Shown one piece after another: positions 9,291 through 21,094 of a stretch of 64,000 nt of DNA. The stretch is from Thermoanaerobaculia bacterium (GTDB lineage: Bacteria; Acidobacteriota; Thermoanaerobaculia; Multivoradales; JAGPDF01): NCBI GenBank assembly GCA_018057705.1, contig JAGPDF010000007.1:1125-65124 (forward strand), written 5' to 3'. A program made the translations under genes and the position numbers. Under the pieces are notes generated by a model that searched no databases, was not told the origin of the DNA, and saw only the letters and a list, made by a program, of their open reading frames with translations. Position 1 is the stretch's first letter, and every line of letters starts with the position of its first letter.

Positions 9291-9447
9291 CGGAGGATTC
9301 TCTCACGGCGCCCCGGCCCGGAGCTTCCTGCAGAGCGCGCCGATGCGAGCCGTGGGGAGCCACACGGCGAGAGCGGGAAAGCCGGCGGCGCCGGCGCGAT
9401 GCCGACGCCGCCGAACTGGAGAGCCGGGCTCCCGGCCCCGCCCCGTC

Positions 9448-10749
9448 TCAGGGGAAGGTCTGACTCCAGGCGGTGCTGTCGCCCGTGCCGAAGCCGTCCA
9501 CGAAGATCAGGTTCGTGTTGGTGAGGAACTCGACCTCGCCGGGCGTGCCGGCCTCGAAGAGCCCCAGGACATGGGTTTCGATCTCGGCCGGCGGCCGGTC
9601 GGCGTCGAACCAGAAGTTGTACATGTTGGCCCAGCGGATCGCATTGGCGTTCTCCGCCGGAGAGAACGCGGGCGAATCCCAGCTCACTTCGTCGACGGTG
9701 ACGGTGTTCCCCCAGTCAGCCGTGTCGTAGGGCTCGTTCGAGTGCGCGTTGACATCGTGGAAGCCGATGTTCTCGAAGGTCGTGGCCCCGAAGAAGCGGA
9801 TTGCCAGCCGATCCGCCGCGCGGGCGGAGTTCATGTTGTGGACGGCATACTCGTAGTGCCAGACACCGGCCGAAGGGTTGGTGACCTTGCGGGCGACATG
9901 GAAGCGCTCGACCGGCACCGACGGGACGTCGACGTTGAGCAGTTCCACCGTCGCATCGATCACCGGCCAGACTTCGATCGCCGACTTCTGACGCACCGTG
10001 CTGCCGACATTCTGCAGGTTGAAGCTGACGGCCTCGACGGAGACCTCACGGTACGAGGCGTTGTTGAGGCCGTTGCCGGACTGGGCGTCGTCGGGGGCGA
10101 TGTACTGACCCTCGATGAAATAGCGCGCCCCCGGGTTGAGCGCAGCGTCGAGGTCGGCCTCGGCGACGGCGGCGCGCTGGTTCCAGATCGTAGCCGTGCT
10201 GCCGCCGCCGCCCTCTGGGAAGGGGAAGACTCCGGTCGTCGGGTTGACTTCGGACTTCCGTCCCATCGGGCGGCCGCCGTTGAGGCTCGACGAGTAGGGG
10301 TCGGTGCAACCGACGCCCAGCTGATTGCCGCCCAGCGGTGGAGCGGCGCAACTGCCGTCGCCGCAGCCGCCGGCGCTCTGGTTGAGCGAAATGAAGCCGT
10401 GCTTCAGCCAGCTGGCGCCGATCTGGTCGAAGCGTCCGTTCTTCAGCCGGTAGATGTTCTGACCGATCACCGGGTGATCGGAGCTGGTGGTCCCGCTGCC
10501 GCAACCGCCATTGACGTCGCACCAGTTGAGCGGCGTGTCGCCGATGTTGCAGGAGGTCGTGCCTACCGAATAGCCGCGGATGCCTCCGGACGCGCCCCAG
10601 TTGGTCGTTCCAGGCAGTTCGTAGACGGTGACGTCCGCCCCGGTGGAGCCGGCCGCTGCGGCTTCGACCCCGAGGAGGGCCAACGTGCAAACCGCGAAGA
10701 GCGCAAGAGTGGTACGAACAGGCAGGTTGCGAACGATTCGATTGTGCAT
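9448..10749 (-). CDS. Secreted protein of unknown function (433 aa), Cys/Gly-rich N-terminal region, ending in the conserved C-terminal tail ...IFVDGFGTGDSTAWSQTFP.
   Basis: Signal peptide MHNRIVRNLPVRTTLALFAVCTLALLGVEAAAAG; GGAGAC RBS; no family recognised. Confidence 0.7.
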   Translation of the reverse strand: MHNRIVRNLPVRTTLALFAVCTLALLGVEAAAAGSTGADVTVYELPGTTNWGASGGIRGYSVGTTSCNIGDTPLNWCDVNGGCGSGTTSSDHPVIGQNIYRLKNGRFDQIGASWLKHGFISLNQSAGGCGDGSCAAPPLGGNQLGVGCTDPYSSSLNGGRPMGRKSEVNPTTGVFPFPEGGGGSTATIWNQRAAVAEADLDAALNPGARYFIEGQYIAPDDAQSGNGLNNASYREVSVEAVSFNLQNVGSTVRQKSAIEVWPVIDATVELLNVDVPSVPVERFHVARKVTNPSAGVWHYEYAVHNMNSARAADRLAIRFFGATTFENIGFHDVNAHSNEPYDTADWGNTVTVDEVSWDSPAFSPAENANAIRWANMYNFWFDADRPPAEIETHVLGLFEAGTPGEVEFLTNTNLIFVDGFGTGDSTAWSQTFP

Positions 10750-10946
10750 CGGAGTCTCCGTACGTCGGCGAAGGGGTGGAGAGAGGACTCGGGACCGGGA
10801 AGAAGATGACGAGTGACGTAGCCCTTGCGGGATCTTCGCCCTCGGATTGACAATCGATACCCTGATTGACGCGGGAGTCTAGTACACCTCGGGAGAAATT
10901 CAATCCCCGATCCGGCGCGCGGCCGGAAGATCTCTACCGGCAGCTC

Positions 10947-13784
<2,838 letters not shown>

Positions 13785-13788
<4 letters not shown>

Positions 13789-14756
13789 GCTGGCGGGTGC
13801 TCAAGTTCGGTGGCACCTCGGTCGGCTCGCCCGAGGCCCTGCAGGCGGCGTGCGGGATCGTGCGCCGCGCGGCGGCGGAGACGCGCGTGCTCGTCGTGGT
13901 CTCGGCGCTCGCCGGCGTCACTTCGGGAATCGCGCGTCAGCTCGAGACGGCGCTGGCGCGTGACCCCTCCTGGCGCGACCCGTTTCGCGCCCTGCGCGCG
14001 CGCCATCGCGAGCAGCTTCAGGCGGTGGCACGCGGCCGGCCGGCGGTGGCGGCGGCCGATGCGCTCGATCGCGGACTCGAGCGCCTGCGCGATCTGCTGC
14101 GGGCGGTGGAGCTCCTGGGCGAGGCGACCCCGCGCACCCGCGCCCGGGTGATGGCGGCAGGGGAGCGACTCTCGGCGCCGATCTTCGCGGCGGCGCTGGC
14201 GGCGGATGGCGAGGCCGCGGCGCCGCTCGACGGAACCGAGGCGCTGGTCGCGAGGGGTCCGTACGACGAGGCCTTCCCTGACGTCGGCGCCAGCCGGCCG
14301 AAGCTGGCGGCGCGCCTGGCGACTTTGGGAGATGTCCTGCCGGTCGTGACCGGGTTTTTCGGCGCCGACGCGGCGGGCGACGTGCGGCTCTTCGGGCGCG
14401 GTGGCTCCGACACCTCGGCGACGGCGATCGGGGCGGCGATCGGCGCGGCCAGAGTCGAGATCTGGACCGACGTCGACGGCGTCGCGACCGCCGATCCGCG
14501 GCGCGATCCGGCGGCCGAGCTCCTGCCGCGGCTCTCCTACGACGAAGCCTTTCGCCTCGCCCGAGATGGAGCCAAGGTGCTGCACTGGAAGGCGGTGGCG
14601 CCGGCCCGCGCCGCCGAAGTCCCGATCGTCGTCCGCAACACCTTCCGTCCCGAAGCGGCTGGCACCTGGATCGGCCCCGATGCGGCTGGCACCTCGTCCG
14701 GCACAACGATCGGAGGGCTCGGGAGAACGGGGGGTGAATCCGCTCTGCTATGCTGA
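13785..14756 (+). CDS. Aspartate kinase, catalytic domain only (323 aa; no C-terminal ACT regulatory domains).
   Basis: GTG start overlapping the metX stop; KFGGTSVGS...VVVSALAGVT...RGGSDTSATAIGAAIGAARVEIWTDVDGVATADPR match the LysC/aspartokinase catalytic core; the protein ends ~35 aa after the kinase domain. Confidence 0.7.
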
Positions 14757-14766
14757 CCGGAGCCCC

Positions 14767-15444
14767 ATGCGCGCGCAGGCTCGACCCTTCACGGCGATCG
14801 TCGCCGCTGCCTTGCTGGGCGTCTGGCCGGGCGCCGCCGCCGATTTCTCGGGCCGCGTCGAGCTGCTCGAGAAGGGCAAGCCGTCGACCGACAAGACGCT
14901 CGCCGTCGATGCCACGGTCGTGGTCTTCACTCCCGCCCGGGCGGTGCCGGCCCCGAAGCCGGTGACGGTCGAGATGGTGACGGTGCGCAAGGCCTTCCTG
15001 CCGCGGATTCTCGTCGTACCGGTCGGTTCGACGGTGCGTTTTCCGAACCAGGACCCGATTCTTCACAACGTCTTCTCGATCTCCGGACGGAACTCGTTCG
15101 ACCTGGGGTTGCTGGGCAAGGGCGCGGGCAAGAGCGCGCTCTTTCGCGAGACCGGGATCGTGCGCGTCTTCTGCAACGTGCACCATGGGATGTTCGGTTA
15201 CGTCTTCGTCGTCTCCTCGCCCTACTGGGCGCGCGTCGGCGCCGACGGGACCTTCCGCATTCCCGACGTTCCGGCCGGGCCCGGCCAGCTGACGGTGTGG
15301 AACGAGCGCAGCTCGCCGACCACCAGGGAGCTCACGCTGCCGGTTGCGCCGCCCTACAGGATCGGCATCGAGATCACCATGCCGCGCATTCCGCCGCACA
15401 AGAACAAACTCGGAAAACCGTATTCAGGAGGGGGCTATGGCTGA
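14767..15444 (+). CDS. Secreted cupredoxin-like (type-1 copper) protein.
   Basis: Signal peptide MRAQARPFTAIVAAALLGVWPGAAA; candidate Cu ligands H (ILHNVFS) and C-x2-H-x2-M (FCNVHHGMFGYV); overlaps the downstream sensor gene by 8 nt. Confidence 0.55.
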   Translation: MRAQARPFTAIVAAALLGVWPGAAADFSGRVELLEKGKPSTDKTLAVDATVVVFTPARAVPAPKPVTVEMVTVRKAFLPRILVVPVGSTVRFPNQDPILHNVFSISGRNSFDLGLLGKGAGKSALFRETGIVRVFCNVHHGMFGYVFVVSSPYWARVGADGTFRIPDVPAGPGQLTVWNERSSPTTRELTLPVAPPYRIGIEITMPRIPPHKNKLGKPYSGGGYG

Positions 15445-18079
15445 GCGACGCCGCGGGCTGTCGCTCGGGACGCGCATCTTTCTGGTGACCGGACTCTTGC
15501 TGGTGCTGGCGCTCGGAGTGGCGATCATCGTCACCTCCTACCTCGGCAACCGCATCGGCCTCGCCACCGCGACGGAGCGCATCCTGGCAGGGAACTCGGT
15601 GCAGTCCGTTTCGCAGCAGCAGCGCTACCAGCAGCTCTCGCTCCTGACGCAGATCCTGACCGCGGATCCCGAGCTCAAGGCCTATCTCCTGCGGGCGATC
15701 GACGAGCGCGACCAGCTCTCGCTGCTCGACCAGCTCGACGAGCGCCAGGCGGACCTCGGCTACGACTTCGCCCTCATGGTCGATCCCCAGGGGCAGCTCC
15801 TGGTGCGCACCGACCAGCCGGACGCGCCGCCGGTCGACCTCTCGGCCCGGCCGCTGGTCCGCAAGGTGCTGGCCGACTTCGAGGCGAGCGGCGTCTGGCA
15901 GGAGGGCAACAAGATCTACGAGGCGGTCGCCGTGCCGCTCGCGCTCAGTCAGAACGTCTTCGCCTATCTGGTGGTCGGTTTCGCCATCAACGACGTGCGG
16001 GCGCTCGAGGTCAAGCGGATCACCGGCACCGAAGTCGCCTACCTGACCGGTACCTCGACCGGAGTCGCCGTCGTCGCATCGACTTTGGCGCCGGCGCAGC
16101 AGGACCGGCTGCTCGCGGCGCTGCGCACCCGCGGCGACCTGCTGTCGCGGGTGACCGAGCGCGGCCAGGCCGTGGACCAGGTGGAGATCGCGCTCGAAGG
16201 CGGGCGTTGGCTGGCGCTCCTCGCGCCGCTCAAGGACGCGACCGGCGCCTCGGCGGGCGCCTCGGTGGCGCTCGCCTCGCTCGACAAGGAGCTGGTCGGC
16301 TACATCCGGATCCGCAACATCCTCGTGGGGCTCGGGTTCGCGACGATTGCCGCCGCGTTGCTCATCTCGTATCTGCTCTCGCGCCGTGTCTTCCGGCCGG
16401 TGCGCCAGCTGGTCGAGGCCGCGACCGCCGCGCGGTCGGGCAACTACGAGGTGCCGATGCCGACCGGCGGCCCGGGTGAGGTCGCGGACCTCGCGACCGC
16501 CTTCAACACCCTGCTCGTCGACCTCCGGGAGCGCCGTGACATGGCGGCCTACGTCTCGGCGCTGTCGCGCAGCCTTCCCGAGCCGGTGGCGCGCGGCGAG
16601 GCACCGTCGAAGGCGGAGCGCTCCCGCCTGACGCTCCTCGGCGTCGACCTGCGCCGTTTCGCCAGCCCGCGGCAAAGCGCCGACCCCGAGGCGCTCATGC
16701 AACGGCTGTCGCGCGATCTCAAGCGGGTTCTCAACGCCGTGGAGGCGCACGGTGGCCACCTCGAGGCGGTCTTCGGGCATCGGGCGATCGCGAGCTTCTC
16801 CGGCGCCATGCAGTCGGACCGCGCGTTGGCCGCGGGCGCCGAGATCCTCGGCGCGGTTTCGGTCCCCGAGAATGCGTTCGAAGAGCCACAACCGGCGGCG
16901 ATCGCCATCACAGCGGGCGAGGCGGTGACCGGCGCCGTGAACTTCACCGACAATGCCGAGCGCACCGTGATCGGCCTGCCGTTGCAGCAGGTCGAGGGGC
17001 TGCTGCGCGAAGCGAATCCGGGCGACATCCTCATGGCGCCGGCGGTTCATGCGGAGGTCGCGGAAGGCCTGGCACGCACCGGCATCGAGCTCAGTCCGCA
17101 GCGTGGGCTGCTCTCGACCCAGGCGATCTTCATTCTCGGCGGCGAAGAGGCGACGCGGATTGCGGGCCGGTCGGTCGCCGCGGCGGTGACCGCGGTCACC
17201 CATGCCGCCGATGCGGCCGGACCCGGCGGAGCTTCGTTCGACACCCTCTCCGGGGTCGGCCCGGGCACGCTCCTCGGATCGCGCTTCGAGATTCTCTCGA
17301 CGCTCGGCGCCGGCGGCATGGGTGTCGTCTTCAAGGCCCGCGATCGCGAGCTCGACGATCTGGTGGCGCTCAAGATGCTGAAGCGCGAGGTGGCCGGCGA
17401 CGGCGCCCTGGTCGAGCGACTGAAGAGCGAGCTCAAGCTGGCGCGCAAGATCACCCATCCGAACATCCTGCGCACCTTCGATTTCGGCGAGATCGACGGC
17501 AACCCGTTCATCTCGATGGAGTACGTGCGCGGCCTGACGCTGCGCGCCATGCTGGAGCGCTCGGGCCGGCTGCCCTATTCGGCGGGGCTGCGGCTCGCCC
17601 GGCAGCTCACGTCGGGTCTCGCGGCGGCGCACGCGCAGGCGATCCTCCACCGCGACATCAAGCCCGAGAACATCATTCTCGACTCGCAGGGCAATGCCAA
17701 GCTGATGGACTTCGGCCTGGCGCGCCCGGTGACCCGCCTCACCCCCGGGCAGACCCAGGCCGGCTTCATCGTCGGGACGCCGCACTATCTCGCCCCGGAG
17801 CAGCTCGAGGGCAAGGAGCCCGACCAGCGCGCCGACGTCTACGCCTGCGGCGTGGTGCTGTTCGAAGTCTTCACCGGCCGCCTGCCGTTCGGCGGCGACA
17901 ACCTCATGGAGATCATCTCCAAGCACATGCGCGAGGCGCCGGCCGCGCCGCACGAGTTCTGGCCGGAGATCCCGCCGGCGCTCGAACGGCTCCTGCTGCG
18001 GTGCCTGGAGAAGGATCCGGCGGCGCGCTACGCCGACGCCGCCGCGCTCGTGGTCGAGCTCGACAAGCTGACTGCCTGA
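15437..18079 (+). CDS. Membrane sensor protein: periplasmic sensor domain, TM, HAMP, a degenerate cyclase-homology-like domain, and a C-terminal Ser/Thr protein kinase.
   Basis: CAGGAGGGGG RBS. TM segments flank a ~270-aa periplasmic region, and HAMP follows the second TM. The kinase catalytic motifs are GAGGMGVVFKA, HRDIKPENIIL, DFGLAR and GTPHYLAPE. Confidence 0.8.
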   Translation: MAERRRGLSLGTRIFLVTGLLLVLALGVAIIVTSYLGNRIGLATATERILAGNSVQSVSQQQRYQQLSLLTQILTADPELKAYLLRAIDERDQLSLLDQLDERQADLGYDFALMVDPQGQLLVRTDQPDAPPVDLSARPLVRKVLADFEASGVWQEGNKIYEAVAVPLALSQNVFAYLVVGFAINDVRALEVKRITGTEVAYLTGTSTGVAVVASTLAPAQQDRLLAALRTRGDLLSRVTERGQAVDQVEIALEGGRWLALLAPLKDATGASAGASVALASLDKELVGYIRIRNILVGLGFATIAAALLISYLLSRRVFRPVRQLVEAATAARSGNYEVPMPTGGPGEVADLATAFNTLLVDLRERRDMAAYVSALSRSLPEPVARGEAPSKAERSRLTLLGVDLRRFASPRQSADPEALMQRLSRDLKRVLNAVEAHGGHLEAVFGHRAIASFSGAMQSDRALAAGAEILGAVSVPENAFEEPQPAAIAITAGEAVTGAVNFTDNAERTVIGLPLQQVEGLLREANPGDILMAPAVHAEVAEGLARTGIELSPQRGLLSTQAIFILGGEEATRIAGRSVAAAVTAVTHAADAAGPGGASFDTLSGVGPGTLLGSRFEILSTLGAGGMGVVFKARDRELDDLVALKMLKREVAGDGALVERLKSELKLARKITHPNILRTFDFGEIDGNPFISMEYVRGLTLRAMLERSGRLPYSAGLRLARQLTSGLAAAHAQAILHRDIKPENIILDSQGNAKLMDFGLARPVTRLTPGQTQAGFIVGTPHYLAPEQLEGKEPDQRADVYACGVVLFEVFTGRLPFGGDNLMEIISKHMREAPAAPHEFWPEIPPALERLLLRCLEKDPAARYADAAALVVELDKLTA

Positions 18080-18171
18080 TCGGGCACTTGCGCCCGGCAC
18101 TTGCCGCGCGCAGTTCGGGCAACCCGGCCGGCAGCGCAGGGAAGCGGCGTTCTCCGGGTTCAAGAGGTGGA

Positions 18172-18825
18172 GTGGCGGCGAAGATTCCCCCGGCGGGAGC
18201 AGGAGACGCGGACTGGAACCTCCTGGCGCTCGTCGCCGGCGGGGACTCTGATGCCTTCACGACGCTCGTCGAACACCATCAGGATCGTCTCGTGGGCCTG
18301 TGTACGCGTTGGCTCGGAGACCGCGAAGAGGCCCGCGATGCGGCGCAGGAGGTCTTTCTCAAGGTCTACCGCCACGCCGCGAAGGCTCTGCCGCGCGGCC
18401 AGTTCTTCACCTGGCTCTACCGCATCGCCATCAACCATTGCCTGAACCAGCTCCGCCGGCGCAAGATCGCCCGCTTCTTCTCGTTGCAGGGGATGAGCGC
18501 CGGCCGGGGCGCCCGGGCGACCGGGGACGCCGGGGGGAGCGAGGTCGCATACGATCCGCCCGGCGTCGGGCCGGACGCCGAGGCCGAGCTGCTGGCGCGC
18601 GAGCGCTGGCGCGAAACGCGGCGACGCCTCGAGCAGCTGCCGGAGAACCAGCGAGTCGTCGTCATGCTGGCCCGGTTCGAAGGGCTTTCTGGGCGCGAGA
18701 TCGCCGAGACGCTCGGCATCACGGAGGGGGCGGTCGAGAGCCGTCTGGTGCGGGCGATGCGGCGGCTCACGCCGCAGGAAGAGCCGGCAAGGCGGGTTCC
18801 AGTGAAGGAAGGGGGAGTCGGATGA
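18172..18825 (+). CDS. ECF-type RNA polymerase sigma factor.
   Basis: Regions 2 and 4 (EEARDAAQEVFLKVYRH...WLYRIAINHCLNQLRRRK; QRVVVMLARFEGLSGREIAETLGITEGAVESRLVRAMRRL). Start placed at the GTG at 18172 after GAGGTGGA; the upstream ATG at 18001 would overlap the kinase gene. Confidence 0.7.
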   Translation: MAAKIPPAGAGDADWNLLALVAGGDSDAFTTLVEHHQDRLVGLCTRWLGDREEARDAAQEVFLKVYRHAAKALPRGQFFTWLYRIAINHCLNQLRRRKIARFFSLQGMSAGRGARATGDAGGSEVAYDPPGVGPDAEAELLARERWRETRRRLEQLPENQRVVVMLARFEGLSGREIAETLGITEGAVESRLVRAMRRLTPQEEPARRVPVKEGGVG

Positions 18826-19331
18826 ATCGGCGGCGGTCGGGGCAATCGGACGACGAAGGGGCTCGCTGGGCGCGTACCGTGCTCGGCCGGGGTGCGCACG
18901 CGCCGGCTTCGCAGCTGCCGGTTTCGGGCCGGCCGGGTTCTGCCGACGAGACGTGGCGGGAGACCTGGGACGGTCTCGAGTTGCCCGCCGCGCCGGCGGC
19001 TCCAGCGGGTTTCGCCCGCCGGGTCGCCCGCGCCGCGGCGGCGGAGCGCGAGCTTGCTTCCGCCTCGATCCTCGGCGCTGCCTGGATGCGCGCGGCGGCG
19101 GCGGCGGCGCTGCTCGCCGGCATCGCGCTGGGCAGCACGCTCGCGCTCTCGAGCGGCCTGGGTGGCGGGCTCGACGAGCTCCCGTCGGTCGACGCGATCG
19201 CCGCCGAGGAGAGTGGGCTCGACGACGAGTCGTGGGCGGCGACGCTCTCCGAGGAGTATCTGGTGGCGCTCGCGGCGGACGAAGCGACTTCGCAGACTTC
19301 CGCCGCGGGCCCGGGTGAGGCTTCCGAGTGA
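18822..19331 (+). CDS. Putative anti-sigma factor / single-pass membrane protein cotranscribed with the ECF sigma.
   Basis: ATGA overlap with the sigma stop; central TM (AAWMRAAAAAALLAGIALGSTLAL); no recognisable zf-HC2. Confidence 0.4.
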   Translation: MNRRRSGQSDDEGARWARTVLGRGAHAPASQLPVSGRPGSADETWRETWDGLELPAAPAAPAGFARRVARAAAAERELASASILGAAWMRAAAAAALLAGIALGSTLALSSGLGGGLDELPSVDAIAAEESGLDDESWAATLSEEYLVALAADEATSQTSAAGPGEASE

Positions 19332-19981
19332 GGCGCAACTGGCTCTTTCTCGCGCTCTTGCTCTCGGTGGGCGTCAACTGCGGCCTCCTCGGCATGGGCA
19401 TCATGCGGCATCGCATGCTCTCCGTTCCCTCTGGAATGCCCTCCGGCGGCGCTCCCGGAGATCACCGCGCTCCCGGCGATCCCGGCGAACGTCCCCCCGG
19501 CCGCCAGGGCGCCCGCCTCGCCGATCGCCTCGGACTCCTTGGGGAGGAGCGCGAGCGCTTCCTCGGGCTGCAGCGCCAGCTCGCCGAGCGGGTGCACGCG
19601 GGCCGGCGCCGCATCGACGACGGGCGCCGCGAGCTGCGCCGCGAGCTGACTTCAACCGACCTCGATCGCGGCCGGGTCGAAGAGCTGCTGGCCGGAATCG
19701 GCAGCGAGCAGAACGCCCTTGACCGGGCTCTGGTCGAGAACGTCCTCGCGGCCCGCGAGCTCCTCGACGGTGACGCCGAGCGCGAATATCTGCACTTCGT
19801 CGAGCGCTTCGGCGGCGCCTTCGCCGGCGGGCGCCCCCCGGGGCCCCCTGGTTTCGAGGCTCCTGCCGGCGGACCGCGGCCCCGCTTCGGCGACCGCCGG
19901 ATGCGCCGGCAGGGTGGTCCACCCGGACAGGAGAATTCAGACGATGGCGATCGCCGGGGTGCTCCCGACGGTCCCCCGTAA
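19328..19981 (+). CDS. Periplasmic Spy/CpxP-like (LTxxQ-type) stress protein; third gene of the ECF sigma operon.
   Basis: GTGA overlap with the upstream gene; signal/TM MRRNWLFLALLLSVGVNCGLLGMG; repeated helical E/R-rich segments. Confidence 0.4.
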   Translation: MRRNWLFLALLLSVGVNCGLLGMGIMRHRMLSVPSGMPSGGAPGDHRAPGDPGERPPGRQGARLADRLGLLGEERERFLGLQRQLAERVHAGRRRIDDGRRELRRELTSTDLDRGRVEELLAGIGSEQNALDRALVENVLAARELLDGDAEREYLHFVERFGGAFAGGRPPGPPGFEAPAGGPRPRFGDRRMRRQGGPPGQENSDDGDRRGAPDGPP

Positions 19982-20041
19982 GGCGTCCGTAAGCCGACTG
20001 GCGAGAAGTCGCGGCCGCCGGCGCGTGATAATTTCCCGGCG

Positions 20042-21007
20042 ATGATCCGGATCCTGCTCTTTGGTGCCGAAGGCTCGGTGCGCAGCGGTGGCGCCGAGCT
20101 GTTGAAGGAGGCCCTGGACCCCGGGGTCGCTGGATGGATCGACCTCGTGGCCGAAACCGAGGTCGCCGAGAAGCTCCTCCAGGATCAGGGGTTCCACCCG
20201 CTGGCGATCGAAGACACCTTCACCCTGCACCATCAGCCGAGGGTCGAGGAGTATGCCGACCACCTCTTCGTGATCGTGCGCGGCATCGACTTCAACTCCG
20301 ACAAGGCGGTCGACCAGCTACAGACCTTGAAGCTCGCCGCCTTCCTGCGCTCGAATCTCCTCATCACGGTCCACCGCGCGGAGCTGAAGAGCGTGAAGCT
20401 GGTGCGCAGCCGCGTCGAAGAGAGTGCGAGGGCGCTGCCCGGAGGGGTCGTCCAGCTCCTCTGGAGCATTTGCGACGAGATGATCGACCTCTACTTTCCG
20501 ATCGTCGACGACATCGGGGCGCGGATCGAGAGCCTCGAACAGGAGGTGCTGAACAACGCCGAGCGCGAGCATCTCCAGTCCATTCTCGACCTGCGGAGGA
20601 AGCTCGGCGTCCTCCGGCGCACCATGCTGCCGCACCGCGCGGTCTTCAATCACCTCGCGAACTCGCGCGATGCACTCTTCGACGCCACCGCGTCGCTCAA
20701 CTTCCGCGACACCCTGGAGAATGTCCTGCGACTGACCGATGCCATCGACCAGCAGCGCGACCAGCTCCTGAACGTGAAGGACACCTATCTCTCGGTGATC
20801 TCGCAGCGCACCAACGAGATCATGAAGGTGCTCACTCTCTTCTCGGCGATCATGCTGCCGCTCACCTTCATCGCCGGGGTCTACGGGATGAACTTCGAGC
20901 ACATGCCCGAGCTCTCCTCCCGGCACGGCTACTTCGTGGTCCTGGGCGCCATGGGAGCCGTCGCCGCCGCCATGGTGGTCTGGTTTCGACGCCGCAAGTG
21001 GTTTTAG
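20042..21007 (+). CDS. corA: Magnesium/cobalt transporter CorA.
   Basis: YGMNFEHMPEL (GMN motif) and two C-terminal TM helices ending ...WFRRRKWF. Confidence 0.9.
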   Translation: MIRILLFGAEGSVRSGGAELLKEALDPGVAGWIDLVAETEVAEKLLQDQGFHPLAIEDTFTLHHQPRVEEYADHLFVIVRGIDFNSDKAVDQLQTLKLAAFLRSNLLITVHRAELKSVKLVRSRVEESARALPGGVVQLLWSICDEMIDLYFPIVDDIGARIESLEQEVLNNAEREHLQSILDLRRKLGVLRRTMLPHRAVFNHLANSRDALFDATASLNFRDTLENVLRLTDAIDQQRDQLLNVKDTYLSVISQRTNEIMKVLTLFSAIMLPLTFIAGVYGMNFEHMPELSSRHGYFVVLGAMGAVAAAMVVWFRRRKWF

Positions 21008-21016
21008 AATCAATTA

Positions 21017-21048
21017 GATAAAAAGAAGGCCCCGCGACGCGCGGGGCC
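21017..21048. terminator. Candidate bidirectional Rho-independent terminator between convergent corA and the helicase gene.
   Basis: A-tract (ataaaaagaa) followed by a GC hairpin ggccccgcg-acg-cgcggggcc. It reads as hairpin plus U-tract for the minus-strand transcript. Confidence 0.5.
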
Positions 21049-21094
21049 CGAAGGAGGGTTGAAGAGGTAGGAGGCTGTGCCGTGCTCCCTGCTC

